A stretch of 64,000 nt of DNA. It comes from an uncultured Candidatus Saccharibacteria bacterium (GTDB lineage Bacteria; Patescibacteriota; Andersenbacteria; UBA10190). Position numbers and translations under genes: made by a program. Of the stretch, positions 10,000 to 19,287 are shown in pieces. Position 1 is the stretch's first letter. The number at the start of each line of letters is the position of its first letter. A model generated the notes under the pieces. The model was given only the letters and a program-made list of their open reading frames with translations. It searched no databases and was not told where the DNA came from. The DNA lies in NCBI GenBank assembly GCA_964610055.1, contig CAZSUC010000001.1, forward strand, positions 505,692 through 569,691. Reading direction: 5' to 3'.

Positions 10000-11010
10000 T
10001 CACCGACTCAATAATACACTTCGTTTATATTGCTCAAGATTTTCTAACGCCGCTCCTGCCCCTTTGGCAACACACACTAAGGGGTCATCCGCGATATAAC
10101 ATGGTACAGCTGTCGCACGCGTAATTAATTGCTCTATATTCCTCATTAAAGCACCACCACCACTGACCACAATTCCTGAGTCAATTACATCAGCTGCTAA
10201 CTCAGGTGGCGTTTCCTGTAAGACGTGTTTAATTGCTTGCAAGACATCATCTAAAGGTTCACGCAGCGCTTCTGTTACTTCGTGCGCAGAAATTACTAAT
10301 TCTTTTGGTAAACCTGATGCTACATCTCGCCCTCGAATCGATAGCTCTGTTGGGTTTTCTTGAGGTACCGCTGATGCAATTGAAACTTTAATATATTCAG
10401 CCGTCTGCTCCCCAATCACGACTCCGTAGCGACGTTTCATGTGATCAATAATTGCTTGATCAAAGCGATTCCCCCCGACTCGGGCAGAATGAGCTGTAAC
10501 AATTCCACCTAACGAAATGACTGCCACTTCTGTTGTCCCGCCACCAATGTCAACTATCATGTGTCCCGAACTCTCTCCAATCGGGATCCCGGCACCAATA
10601 GCGGCCGCAATCGGCTCCTTAATCAGATAAGCTGCCTTTGCTCCAGCTGACAAAGTAGCGTCAACTACGGCTCGTCTTTCCGTACTCGTTATCCCTGCCG
10701 GAACAGTAACCAATACTTCTGGCCGTAAAAACTTCACCGCCGTTCCCGCTTTTTGAATTAAATATTTCAACATTGCTTGTGTTACTCGGTAATCGGCAAT
10801 TACGCCATCCTTCAAAGGACGATGAGCAACGATGGTCTCCGGTGTTCTCCCAATCATCTCTTTTGCTTCTTTGCCAACGGCTAAGACGGCATTTTCATCA
10901 GTCGAAATTGCAACGACTGATGGCTCATTTAAAACAATTCCTTGTTTTGGCACATAAACTAAAGTGCTAGTTGTCCCTAAGTCAATCGCTATTTTCCGAT
11001 TAATTGCCAT
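10000..11010 (-). CDS. mreB: Rod shape-determining protein MreB
   Basis: IDLGT, RPLKDGVIAD, DIGGGTTEVAV, SGGGAL. Confidence 0.97.
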   Translation of the reverse strand: MAINRKIAIDLGTTSTLVYVPKQGIVLNEPSVVAISTDENAVLAVGKEAKEMIGRTPETIVAHRPLKDGVIADYRVTQAMLKYLIQKAGTAVKFLRPEVLVTVPAGITSTERRAVVDATLSAGAKAAYLIKEPIAAAIGAGIPIGESSGHMIVDIGGGTTEVAVISLGGIVTAHSARVGGNRFDQAIIDHMKRRYGVVIGEQTAEYIKVSIASAVPQENPTELSIRGRDVASGLPKELVISAHEVTEALREPLDDVLQAIKHVLQETPPELAADVIDSGIVVSGGGALMRNIEQLITRATAVPCYIADDPLVCVAKGAGAALENLEQYKRSVLLSR

Positions 11011-11012
11011 AT

Positions 11013-12272
11013 TTAACGGCGTTCAATTTTAGCTCCTAGAGTTCGCAAGCGCTCATCAATACGCGCATAACCCCGATCAATTACTTCCGCTTCGTCAATC
11101 ACTGTTTCACCGTTAGCTATTAATCCAGCCATGAGTAAAGTCATCCCTGATCTAATATCTAAGCTATTTAATTTAGCTCCTTGTAAATCACTGGGTCCCT
11201 CTACAATGATTCGGTGCGGATCGCACACAGTTATATTCGCGCCCATTTTTAGTAATTCATTGACATATTTAAATCGGCCTTCGTACATAGGGTCATGAAT
11301 CAAGCTAGACCCTTGTGCTTGAGTTGCTAAGACGGCAAAAGGAGCCTGTAAATCAGTCGCCAAACCAGGATGAGGTAAGGTTTGCACACGACGCCCTCTT
11401 AGTGAAGACGGATAAACTCGAATTCCGGTTTGCTCAGGCTTAAGTTTGACTCCAAAATCCTCCAATTTTTTCAAGAATAATAGCAAGTCATCTTGCGGTA
11501 CTGGATCTACTAAAATTTCCGACCGCGTGGCTGCAGCTAAAAGTAAAAATGATCCCGCCTCAATCATGTCATCAATATTTCTAAACTTTGCCCCTTTTAA
11601 TTTGTCTGAACCAGTAATCGTAATCGTATGTGTCCCAGCACCAGTTACATTCGCTCCCATTTGATTTAATAAATCAGCTAAAGCTTTAACATGGGGTTCA
11701 GCAGCCGCAATCTCAATCTTAGTTACTCCTGGCAATTGTGCCGCTAATAACATGACATTTTCTGTTGCTGTTACGGAAAACTCTCGTAAAATTACGCGCC
11801 CCGGTTTAGCTTTTCTACTATCCAATCCAATCAATCCGTTCTCTCGATTTACTTTTACGCCTAATTGTCCAAAAGCATCTAAATGCACATCAATCGGCCG
11901 TGCGCCAATCATATCGCCACCTGGCTCTGGCAGAGTAATTTTGCCTAATCTTCCGACTAATGCACCCATCAGCAAAACTGATCCTCGCAACTTGCCCACT
12001 AATTCGGTCGGTAAATTTTCCCAATTAATTTCCTTCGCTCTAATCCTGCAAGTTCCATCCACATGTTCTGCCTCAGCACCCATTCCGCGCATTATTTCTA
12101 ACAAACTATCAACATCCCGTAAAACTGGTATACGCTCCAATACAACCTCTTCATTAGTTAATAGAGCCGCAGTCAACAAGGGCAAGGCAGCATTTTTTGC
12201 TCCTTGTACCTCTATTCTACCGGCTAATTTTTCTTGTCCCGATATAATAAACTGGGTCATGGCTTGTAGCAT
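11013..12272 (-). CDS. murA: UDP-GlcNAc 1-carboxyvinyltransferase
   Basis: GAKNAALP, GARPID, SVTATEN, TDLQAP, DIRSG, DRGY; AGGAGG 8 nt upstream of the start. Confidence 0.97.
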   Translation of the reverse strand: MLQAMTQFIISGQEKLAGRIEVQGAKNAALPLLTAALLTNEEVVLERIPVLRDVDSLLEIMRGMGAEAEHVDGTCRIRAKEINWENLPTELVGKLRGSVLLMGALVGRLGKITLPEPGGDMIGARPIDVHLDAFGQLGVKVNRENGLIGLDSRKAKPGRVILREFSVTATENVMLLAAQLPGVTKIEIAAAEPHVKALADLLNQMGANVTGAGTHTITITGSDKLKGAKFRNIDDMIEAGSFLLLAAATRSEILVDPVPQDDLLLFLKKLEDFGVKLKPEQTGIRVYPSSLRGRRVQTLPHPGLATDLQAPFAVLATQAQGSSLIHDPMYEGRFKYVNELLKMGANITVCDPHRIIVEGPSDLQGAKLNSLDIRSGMTLLMAGLIANGETVIDEAEVIDRGYARIDERLRTLGAKIERR

Positions 12273-12359
12273 ACCGTTTCCCTCCTGCTATTCGCAAGAT
12301 AAATATTCTGTTCTAGTTTTTAGCTTTACTATTTACGCAAAAAGAGTCATAGTCGGCCT

Positions 12360-13721
12360 ATGCAACAATCTTTTCGGCGCATAATCGCTTTAATTGCCTT
12401 AGCGCTTTTTTTCATCTCCGCGCCCTTGGTAATTTTTTATGCTCTTGGGTATCGAGCCGGTTTTCAAGAAAAATTAACTCCTCAGCCTGTTGGCGTTCTG
12501 TCTATAGAAACATTCCCGACTCGTGCCGATGTTCAAGTTAATGGTCAAATAATTGGGCGTTCTCCTGAAATTGTTTCTGGTCTCATGCCGGGTACAGTCG
12601 ACGTTACTGTCACAAAAACCGGTTATCAGACTTGGCATAAACGCCTCACAATTGAACCTGGTCGTGCTACTGAAGCCCGAGATATTATTCTTTTTCCCAC
12701 TAATTTAACTTCAACTGACCTTGCTACTAATGTTACCCTTTTCTCGCTTTCACCTAACCGCAATTTATTAGTTTATGCTAATCAAGCTCATCAAGTTAGC
12801 GTCATTGATCAATCTGGTCAAGAAATTATTTCTCCTCTTGATGTCCCTGGTCAAATTAAATCACTATTATGGTCACCCGATGATTTATATGTCCTAGTCG
12901 GACTAACTTCTGGCAAGCAGTATCTACTTACGATCGAGAGTACTCCTGCGCTTATTCAACAGGATTTGCCTGATAACTTAGATAAAATTACCTGGGACCC
13001 TCATGCCACTGGAAGAGCTTTTTGGCAATCAAATACAGGATCACTATATGCTTTTCAAGTTTCCAATCAAGTTAATGCTGAGCTACAAACAGATATTACA
13101 AGTTTTGCGACTAGTAATCGTTACTTATATATCGTTACCCCGGATAACCAGCTATCCGCCTTAACCCTTCAAGGCGAATCAACTTCTTTGCAGATCCCGT
13201 CTTTGCCTGGTCAAATCAAAGAATTACATGCCACTCCCGGAGGATATTTAACAATTAAATTAGATAACGGTTCTTTATGGATATGGACCGGCACCAAGAA
13301 TTGGCAAAAGATTGTTGATCAAGTCCAAACATTTTCCTGGTCGCCAGACGAGCAATTACTCTTAATTGCGCCTGATAGTTATTCTTTATACGTTTATAAT
13401 TTTGACGCCGAACGCACCGGTATTGCCATGCAAGAATTAAGTTTAATTACTCGTTTAACGCACACAATTTATAATCCTCAATGGTTTGCTGGTAGCCGAC
13501 ATTTAATTTATCAGATTGAAGACGAGATCTGGGTTACTGAAATAGACACTCGCGATTATCCGCAGTCATACCAAATTGACACCACTAACAATGGGTCTTC
13601 CCAAATTACTGTCGGAGAATCTGGAAAATACTTGTATTATCTCCGAGAAAGTGGCGCTAACAGCACCTTAACTAGTAGCAGCTTAACGCTAAACAGTTCC
13701 GAATCAGAATCCGCAAATTAA
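12360..13721 (+). CDS. Membrane-anchored PEGA-domain / beta-propeller protein
   Basis: N-terminal TM ending YALGYR, PEGA-like segment (SIETFP...VTKTGYQTWHK), repeated SP/WSPD blade motifs. Confidence 0.75.
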   Translation: MQQSFRRIIALIALALFFISAPLVIFYALGYRAGFQEKLTPQPVGVLSIETFPTRADVQVNGQIIGRSPEIVSGLMPGTVDVTVTKTGYQTWHKRLTIEPGRATEARDIILFPTNLTSTDLATNVTLFSLSPNRNLLVYANQAHQVSVIDQSGQEIISPLDVPGQIKSLLWSPDDLYVLVGLTSGKQYLLTIESTPALIQQDLPDNLDKITWDPHATGRAFWQSNTGSLYAFQVSNQVNAELQTDITSFATSNRYLYIVTPDNQLSALTLQGESTSLQIPSLPGQIKELHATPGGYLTIKLDNGSLWIWTGTKNWQKIVDQVQTFSWSPDEQLLLIAPDSYSLYVYNFDAERTGIAMQELSLITRLTHTIYNPQWFAGSRHLIYQIEDEIWVTEIDTRDYPQSYQIDTTNNGSSQITVGESGKYLYYLRESGANSTLTSSSLTLNSSESESAN

Positions 13722-14119
13722 CGCTTGGAGAATTGTGGTGCGCGACGTGCTCTTTTTAAGCCAAACTTTTTACGTTCTTTAGCGCGTGCATCTCGTGTTA
13801 ATGTTCCCGCGTCTTTTAACTGTTTTCGGAAACTTTCATCTCTCGCAACAATTGCTCTCGCAATCGCTAAACGTAATGCTCCTGCTTGTGATTGTTTTCC
13901 ACCGCCAGAAACCTTCGCCTTAAATCCCGATACTTTTTCTTGACCTACCACACCAAGCGGATTCAAAACAACGTTTTGCATGCTCACTGTTGGAAAATAA
14001 GTTGCAAAATCAATCCCATTAACCGTCCGCTCTTTTTCGGTTCCCATTAAAATAACCTGCGCAATTGCTTCTTTGCGTCGCCCTAATCCATAAGCTCCGG
14101 TTGTACTTTTTTGTGCCAT
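13718..14119 (-). CDS. rpsI: 30S ribosomal protein S9
   Basis: GRRKEAIA, GGGKQSQAGA, C-terminal PQFSKR. Confidence 0.98.
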   Translation of the reverse strand: MAQKSTTGAYGLGRRKEAIAQVILMGTEKERTVNGIDFATYFPTVSMQNVVLNPLGVVGQEKVSGFKAKVSGGGKQSQAGALRLAIARAIVARDESFRKQLKDAGTLTRDARAKERKKFGLKRARRAPQFSKR

Positions 14120-14127
14120 ATATGTAA

Positions 14128-14559
14128 TTAATCTTTCGACTTAGGGTTTGAAATTTGAGCCATATGAGGATGCTCCGCTCCGGTATACAGCTTTAAATGT
14201 TCTCGCATTTGATCTCGTAGCTTATTCTTTGGCAACATTCCGCTAACAGCATGCCAAATAATTTGCCGTGAATCCAATGCTCGTTGCGTTTTAACGTTTC
14301 TTTGCTTTAAGCCGCCAGTATAACCAGTAAAATGATAATACATCTTATCTTCTTCTTTATTTCCGGTTAAAACAACCTTATCCGTATTAACAATAACCAC
14401 ATAAACACTGGCCAGACGATTTGGTGCCCAATCTGGATGATGCTTACCTTGCAATAAAGTCGCGACTTTAGTTGCTAATCGTCCCAACACGGCTCCTTTA
14501 GCATCAATCAAGTGCCATTCACCTGGGATTACCGGACTAGTTGTGTCTTTTTTTGCCAT
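14128..14559 (-). CDS. rplM: 50S ribosomal protein L13
   Basis: WHLIDA..VLGRLA, GKH, AVSGMLPKN. Confidence 0.98.
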   Translation of the reverse strand: MAKKDTTSPVIPGEWHLIDAKGAVLGRLATKVATLLQGKHHPDWAPNRLASVYVVIVNTDKVVLTGNKEEDKMYYHFTGYTGGLKQRNVKTQRALDSRQIIWHAVSGMLPKNKLRDQMREHLKLYTGAEHPHMAQISNPKSKD

Positions 14560-14562
14560 AGA

Positions 14563-14925
14563 TTATTTACTTTCATCAACCAACTCTAAACGCACCATTG
14601 GAGCATCGTCAATTCGACTCGTTGGTAACTTAATTACTCGAGTATACCCACCCGCTCGTTCTTTAGCTGCTTCAGCGACTTTCAGCAAAAACTCTAAATC
14701 CCTCTTATGACTCAATTGTCTCAATAAGTGTCGGCGACGCGCCAAAGTTAAATCACCCTTCGCTTCTGTGATTAATGGTTCGCAATAACGTTGCACAGCT
14801 TTTGCCTTAGCACTCGTGGTGGTAATACCGCCATGCTCAAACAAACTGCTCGCTAAACCTTTTAACAAGGCATTACGCTTGTCAGCTGTGCGTCCCAAGA
14901 TAATTTTTTTATTCTTATGCTTCAT
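14563..14925 (-). CDS. rplQ: 50S ribosomal protein L17
   Basis: LGRT...R.ALL, ITTTSAKAK, GGYTRVIK; follows rpoA. Confidence 0.96.
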   Translation of the reverse strand: MKHKNKKIILGRTADKRNALLKGLASSLFEHGGITTTSAKAKAVQRYCEPLITEAKGDLTLARRRHLLRQLSHKRDLEFLLKVAEAAKERAGGYTRVIKLPTSRIDDAPMVRLELVDESK

Positions 14926-15883
14926 TTTCGTTTAATTTAGCTGCCTTTGCTTGTCGAAACTTTTCTCTGGTTTCCAAAATATCCGCCACGGCTTTTTGAC
15001 CTAAACCAGGAATATCTTGAATTTGTTCTTCGCTTAACTCCAGAACCTGTTCAACAGTTGTTACACCCACTCTTTCTAAAGCGTTATGTACGCGAGACGG
15101 TAACTGTAGCAAACTCAATGTATTTTCTGGTTCTGTTTCTTCTAATTCAGTCTCTTCTTCGAATTGTTCAGTTGGACGCTCGGCTGTTAACTTTAGTTCA
15201 AAGTCACTAGCTAATTCTGAAAAATGATCTCGCAAAATAGCAGCCGCTTGTTTCAAAGCATCAATTGGAGCAACTGTACCGTCAGTTCCAATTGTCAGGA
15301 TTAACTTATGATAATTAGTGGCTTGGCCTACCCGCACGTTTTGAACTCGAAAACTAACGCGTTGTACGGGTGTGAAGATAGCGTCCATTGCGATCATTCC
15401 GATTTCGCGATTTTCTCGATCACGAGTTTCTGATGGGACATATCCTCGTCCGTTTTCCACCTTACACCGAATAGTTAGATCCGCATTATCTTCCGTAAGA
15501 TTTGCAATCACGAACTCAGGATTGGCAACTGTGATTTCAGGCGGTAATTCAAAATCTCCAGCTGTAACTTGCTTCTTACCTTTAACGTTCAAGGTAATTT
15601 CTTGAGGTTCATCGCTTGCATTCGCTAAGCGAACACGCTTCAGGTTTAAAACCAAACGCACGATATCCTCTTTCAAGCCATCTAGAGTTGTGAACTCATG
15701 ATCTGCCCCATCAATTTTAACTTGAGTAATTGCTGTGCCTGGCAAAGAAGACAGCAATACGCGCCGAAGCGCATTACCCACCGTCGGTCCGTACCCGGGG
15801 TGGTATGGGTGGATCGAGAAGGTTGTTGTATTATCCTTCTCTTCTTCAATCTCCACCTTTTCCGGTAAGTAAATTGGTTCCAT
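14915..15883 (-). CDS. rpoA: RNA polymerase subunit alpha
   Basis: GYGPTVGNALRRVLLSSLPG, GRGYV, alpha-CTD with PGLGQK. Confidence 0.98.
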   Translation of the reverse strand: MEPIYLPEKVEIEEEKDNTTTFSIHPYHPGYGPTVGNALRRVLLSSLPGTAITQVKIDGADHEFTTLDGLKEDIVRLVLNLKRVRLANASDEPQEITLNVKGKKQVTAGDFELPPEITVANPEFVIANLTEDNADLTIRCKVENGRGYVPSETRDRENREIGMIAMDAIFTPVQRVSFRVQNVRVGQATNYHKLILTIGTDGTVAPIDALKQAAAILRDHFSELASDFELKLTAERPTEQFEEETELEETEPENTLSLLQLPSRVHNALERVGVTTVEQVLELSEEQIQDIPGLGQKAVADILETREKFRQAKAAKLNENEA

Positions 15884-15906
15884 TATATTTAAAATAATTA
15901 TGAAAA

Positions 15907-16467
15907 CTATCTAGCGAATAATTCCACCACTGCGCGGATATCCACCCCTACCGCCGCTTCCTCCACTGACGGCGTATCCACTACCTTAAAGGCATACCCT
16001 TTTGGATCTAATTGGATCCAGCTAGGTAACGCAGCATTTTGCAACTTTTTCTCAAAGTTAGCAAAAACTTCTTTTGAACGCTTACTATCTTTTACCGCTA
16101 CCACGTCATCTTTTTTCAAGCGAATTGAGGGAATATTTATCACTCGTCCATTTACCGTTACTAATTTGTGACTAGCCATTTGTCGAGCTGATTTTCTAGT
16201 CGGTGCCCAGCCAGCCCGATACAAAGCATTATCAAGACGACGTTCCAATAACTCCACCAAAACTTGACCAGTCTGTGCTGTAGCCTTCTGTGCTTCTTTG
16301 TAATAACGCCGTAACTGTTCTTCACGAATACCGTATATTTCTTTCAACTGCTGTTTCTCTGACAACTGGGTGCCATAGCGACTACGATTGCGGCGACGAC
16401 CACGTTGCTGCTGTTGGATATTCGGTCTATTTGCCGGAACCGGCGTTTGATTATTAGTGTCATTCAT
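15907..16467 (-). CDS. rpsD: 30S ribosomal protein S4 (atypical N-terminus)
   Basis: YGTQLSEKQ, LERRLDN, ARQMASH, VNG..INIPS. Confidence 0.95.
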   Translation of the reverse strand: MNDTNNQTPVPANRPNIQQQQRGRRRNRSRYGTQLSEKQQLKEIYGIREEQLRRYYKEAQKATAQTGQVLVELLERRLDNALYRAGWAPTRKSARQMASHKLVTVNGRVINIPSIRLKKDDVVAVKDSKRSKEVFANFEKKLQNAALPSWIQLDPKGYAFKVVDTPSVEEAAVGVDIRAVVELFAR

Positions 16468-16490
16468 ACTAGTAATACCTGAATTACAAA

Positions 16491-16892
16491 CTAAACTCGA
16501 CGACGCTTAGGTGGCCGTACTCCATTATGAGGAATGGGAGTTAAGTCGCGAATAGACGTAATCACTAATCCTGCCGCAGCCAAAGCTCTAACTGCCGATT
16601 CACGCGCACTGCCAATTCCACGCACAAAAACTTTTACTTCTTCCATGTTTAATGGCTTCATTCGCTCAATCGTGTCAGCTACAACTTTCTGAGCGGCAAA
16701 CGGAGTTGCTTTGCGTGCTCCTGCAAAACCAATCCGCCCGGCGCTGCTCCAAGCCACCACATTACCTGACAAATCAGTTACGCTAACTAACGTATTATTA
16801 TATGTCGCTTGAATATATACGCATCCTTCTTTAACTTTGCGTATTTTTTTCTTTTTTGGCTTAAGTTTAGCCTTAGTCTTAGGTGCTACCAT
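16491..16892 (-). CDS. rpsK: 30S ribosomal protein S11
   Basis: TYNNT, TPFAAQ, TPIPHNGVRPPKRRRV. Confidence 0.98.
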   Translation of the reverse strand: MVAPKTKAKLKPKKKKIRKVKEGCVYIQATYNNTLVSVTDLSGNVVAWSSAGRIGFAGARKATPFAAQKVVADTIERMKPLNMEEVKVFVRGIGSARESAVRALAAAGLVITSIRDLTPIPHNGVRPPKRRRV

Positions 16893-16905
16893 ATCTCAAA
16901 ATAAA

Positions 16906-17298
16906 TTATGTCTTTTCGTTAGATGACTTGCGACCACTGCCCGCTGTGCGACGAACATTTCCTCTGACTGTTCGAGAATTAGTCTTTGTCCGTTGACCTC
17001 TTACTGGCAAATTACGTGTATGTCGCACCCCTCGATAACAACCAATATCTTTTAACCGCTTAACATTCATCAATATTTCTCGACGCAATTCACCTTCTAC
17101 TCGAACATTTTTTTCAATATAATCACGTAATTTTTGTTCTTCTGTTGAGGTTAAGTCCCGTGTTTTAGTCGAACTATCAATTGCTAAATCTTCTAATATT
17201 TTTACGCTTAAACTATTCCCAATTCCGTAAATTGAAGTCAAAGCAATCTTAATATGCTTATTATCTGGTAAATTAATTCCACTAATACGTACTGCCAT
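16906..17298 (-). CDS. rpsM: 30S ribosomal protein S13
   Basis: [30 protein letters not shown]. Confidence 0.98.
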   Translation of the reverse strand: MAVRISGINLPDNKHIKIALTSIYGIGNSLSVKILEDLAIDSSTKTRDLTSTEEQKLRDYIEKNVRVEGELRREILMNVKRLKDIGCYRGVRHTRNLPVRGQRTKTNSRTVRGNVRRTAGSGRKSSNEKT

Positions 17299-17300
17299 AG

Positions 17301-17414
17301 TTATCCTTGTCGTTGCTTATGTTTAGGATTTTCACAAATAACACGCACTCTCCGCTTGCGACGGATTACTTTACATTTTGCACACATTTTTTTAACTGAT
17401 GCTCTTACTTTCAT
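17301..17414 (-). CDS. rpmJ: 50S ribosomal protein L36, zinc-binding form (absent from ORF track)
   Basis: Manual translation [37 protein letters not shown]. Confidence 0.98.
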   Translation of the reverse strand: MKVRASVKKMCAKCKVIRRKRRVRVICENPKHKQRQG

Positions 17415-17427
17415 ACTAAACGTCTAG

Positions 17428-17649
17428 TTATGATTCCATTCGCACTGTAATTCTTCCCTTAGACAAATCATAAGGCGACATCGCCACCTTTACTCTGTCC
17501 CCTGGGAGAACGCGTATGCGATGCATTCTCATTTTACCGCTTAAGTGGGCTACAATTTCCTGTCCGGCGTCTAATTGGACCTTGAATTGAGCATTAGGCA
17601 AATTTTCTAAAACTTCGCCTTCCACCTCTACCGTGTTCTGGTTAGACAA
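17428..17649 (-). CDS. infA: Translation initiation factor IF-1 (TTG start)
   Basis: [29 protein letters not shown]. Confidence 0.98.
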   Translation of the reverse strand: MSNQNTVEVEGEVLENLPNAQFKVQLDAGQEIVAHLSGKMRMHRIRVLPGDRVKVAMSPYDLSKGRITVRMES

Positions 17650-17681
17650 AAGGATTATCCTTAAAACTAAAAAAATACAGC

Positions 17682-17762
17682 CGCACGCTCGGCCGACTCA
17701 ATTCGAAAGGCACATGCCCTCTAGTCTGCCGCACCTGCATTCCCCAGTGCAACAACGTGCGT
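17682..17762 (-). promoter_or_regulatory. Structured 5' leader of the infA-alpha operon (candidate ribosomal-protein leader)
   Basis: On the minus strand CGCACG/CGTGCG closes two inner stems (GTTGCAC/GTGCGGC and GACT/AGTC with GAGGGC/GCCTTT). Confidence 0.5.
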
Positions 17763-17768
17763 ACTAAA

Positions 17769-17797
17769 AACTTACAAGAACTGTACGAACCTGTCAA
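17769..17797 (-). promoter_or_regulatory. Sigma70 promoter TTGACA-N17-TAAGTT for the infA operon
   Basis: tgtcaa at 17792-17797 and aactta at 17769-17774 on the plus strand; 17-nt spacer. Confidence 0.7.
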
Positions 17798-17807
17798 ATA
17801 TGATTCT

Positions 17808-19262
17808 TTAAGGCTGTCTTTCTGGGGTTAAATCTAATGTGATGCGCCCAGTAATTCTCGGCACAGAACTAACCCAAAACGGCCATAAATCAATCTTAGC
17901 TTGTTGCACTCCCGGCAGCCCTTCCAAGTACTGATTTGCCCCAGATTCGCTTTGTCCAGCCAATTTTTCAGTTAAAGTATCAATAGCAATTTTAGGAATA
18001 GTCGTATGAGTAACCCGAGCTTTTATTATTGCTGTGCTGTCCTCCCAATTAATATCATCAGCTGTTTTAGAAAAAGAAATTGGACCGGGGAATAGCATAT
18101 AATCATCCTCTAAATGACTCTCTAGAGCTTGAGCCAAGGCATCCTCCAGGGCTTGTTGCTCGTAACCAAACACTCTCATGGTAATGCGCCCGCTGTATGT
18201 TAACTCGGGTATTCGGGTACCAACCTCAGGAGTCGTTGTAAAATTATCAATTTCTGCATTCCAACTCTCGTCTAGCAAAGTCCAGCCTTCAGGCAACTCG
18301 CTTCTAATATCAACCTCAACTTCGCTCTTAGCTGCTTCTGCCGCCGCCTGACGAGCAGATTCTATATCCGCTTCCGATACGACTTGCACTTCTTCGCCCG
18401 ACCCACCAGTAAAGGTAGTTGTTGTTTCTGCGTACACTAAAGCCTGAGCAGCGTCACTTAATGCTGCAAAATTTAATCTCTGCGGCTCAATGTTACCCTC
18501 TGGCCCTGCTACAGCCGCTTCTACTGTAGCAGTGGCTTGTGTGACTCCGCTCGCACTAGCAGCTGGCACAGTTACATTTTTGTCTAGATAAAACAATTGC
18601 CCATCAGTAGTAACTAAACGGCTGTGCTCAATAATTTTTTGTTCGTCAAAAGACCGATTGATAATTTTCACTGTTCCTCGGGCTTTCTCGCCAATAGTTT
18701 CTTTACCCTGTACTTGTACTGTCCCCTGAACCTCTATTTCTCGAAAAAAAGAAGTTCCCGTAATCGTATTTTCCCCGCCTCCTTCCGCCGCAATTTTTAT
18801 TTCTTCCTCTAGTAATAAAGGCGCAGTTTTTAGCGTTAACTCAATCTTAGCTTTTGGTAAAAAAATCGCTCCTGCTAATAACGCCGCTACCAAACCAATC
18901 GCTAAAATACTTAAAACAACTGCTCGCTCACGTACTCCTAAATGCGCAGCGCGGACAGGTGACTGCTCCTTTGATTGTTTAGATTCTTTTACTGGAATTC
19001 TGGGGGGCAATTTTTGAATTGCCTCACCTAACTCAGGCGTTGGTTCTGGTTGTAACTGAGCTTCTGGTTGTAATGAACCCTTACGCATTCTGCGTCCAAT
19101 TGACTGACTTGGATACGCTTTACGACTAATATCAAAGCTACTCACTCCTCGCTTCGCTGGACGACGAGTATTTGGTTGGTTGATCTCATTCCACTCAGGA
19201 TGATTTGTTTCCGGAATATGCGACTTAGGAGTAATCGAGTGATTAGGCTTAATGTCTCTCAT
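17808..19262 (-). CDS. Single-TM protein with baseplate J/gp47-like extracytoplasmic region
   Basis: Disordered N-terminus, TM then LPKAKIEL, ARGTVKIIN, VEAAVAGPEGNI, FTGG, LWPFW..VP; resembles a family I recall as common in CPR. Confidence 0.6.
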   Translation of the reverse strand: MRDIKPNHSITPKSHIPETNHPEWNEINQPNTRRPAKRGVSSFDISRKAYPSQSIGRRMRKGSLQPEAQLQPEPTPELGEAIQKLPPRIPVKESKQSKEQSPVRAAHLGVRERAVVLSILAIGLVAALLAGAIFLPKAKIELTLKTAPLLLEEEIKIAAEGGGENTITGTSFFREIEVQGTVQVQGKETIGEKARGTVKIINRSFDEQKIIEHSRLVTTDGQLFYLDKNVTVPAASASGVTQATATVEAAVAGPEGNIEPQRLNFAALSDAAQALVYAETTTTFTGGSGEEVQVVSEADIESARQAAAEAAKSEVEVDIRSELPEGWTLLDESWNAEIDNFTTTPEVGTRIPELTYSGRITMRVFGYEQQALEDALAQALESHLEDDYMLFPGPISFSKTADDINWEDSTAIIKARVTHTTIPKIAIDTLTEKLAGQSESGANQYLEGLPGVQQAKIDLWPFWVSSVPRITGRITLDLTPERQP

Positions 19263-19287
19263 GATGCCATTATACGCTGTTAAAAGG

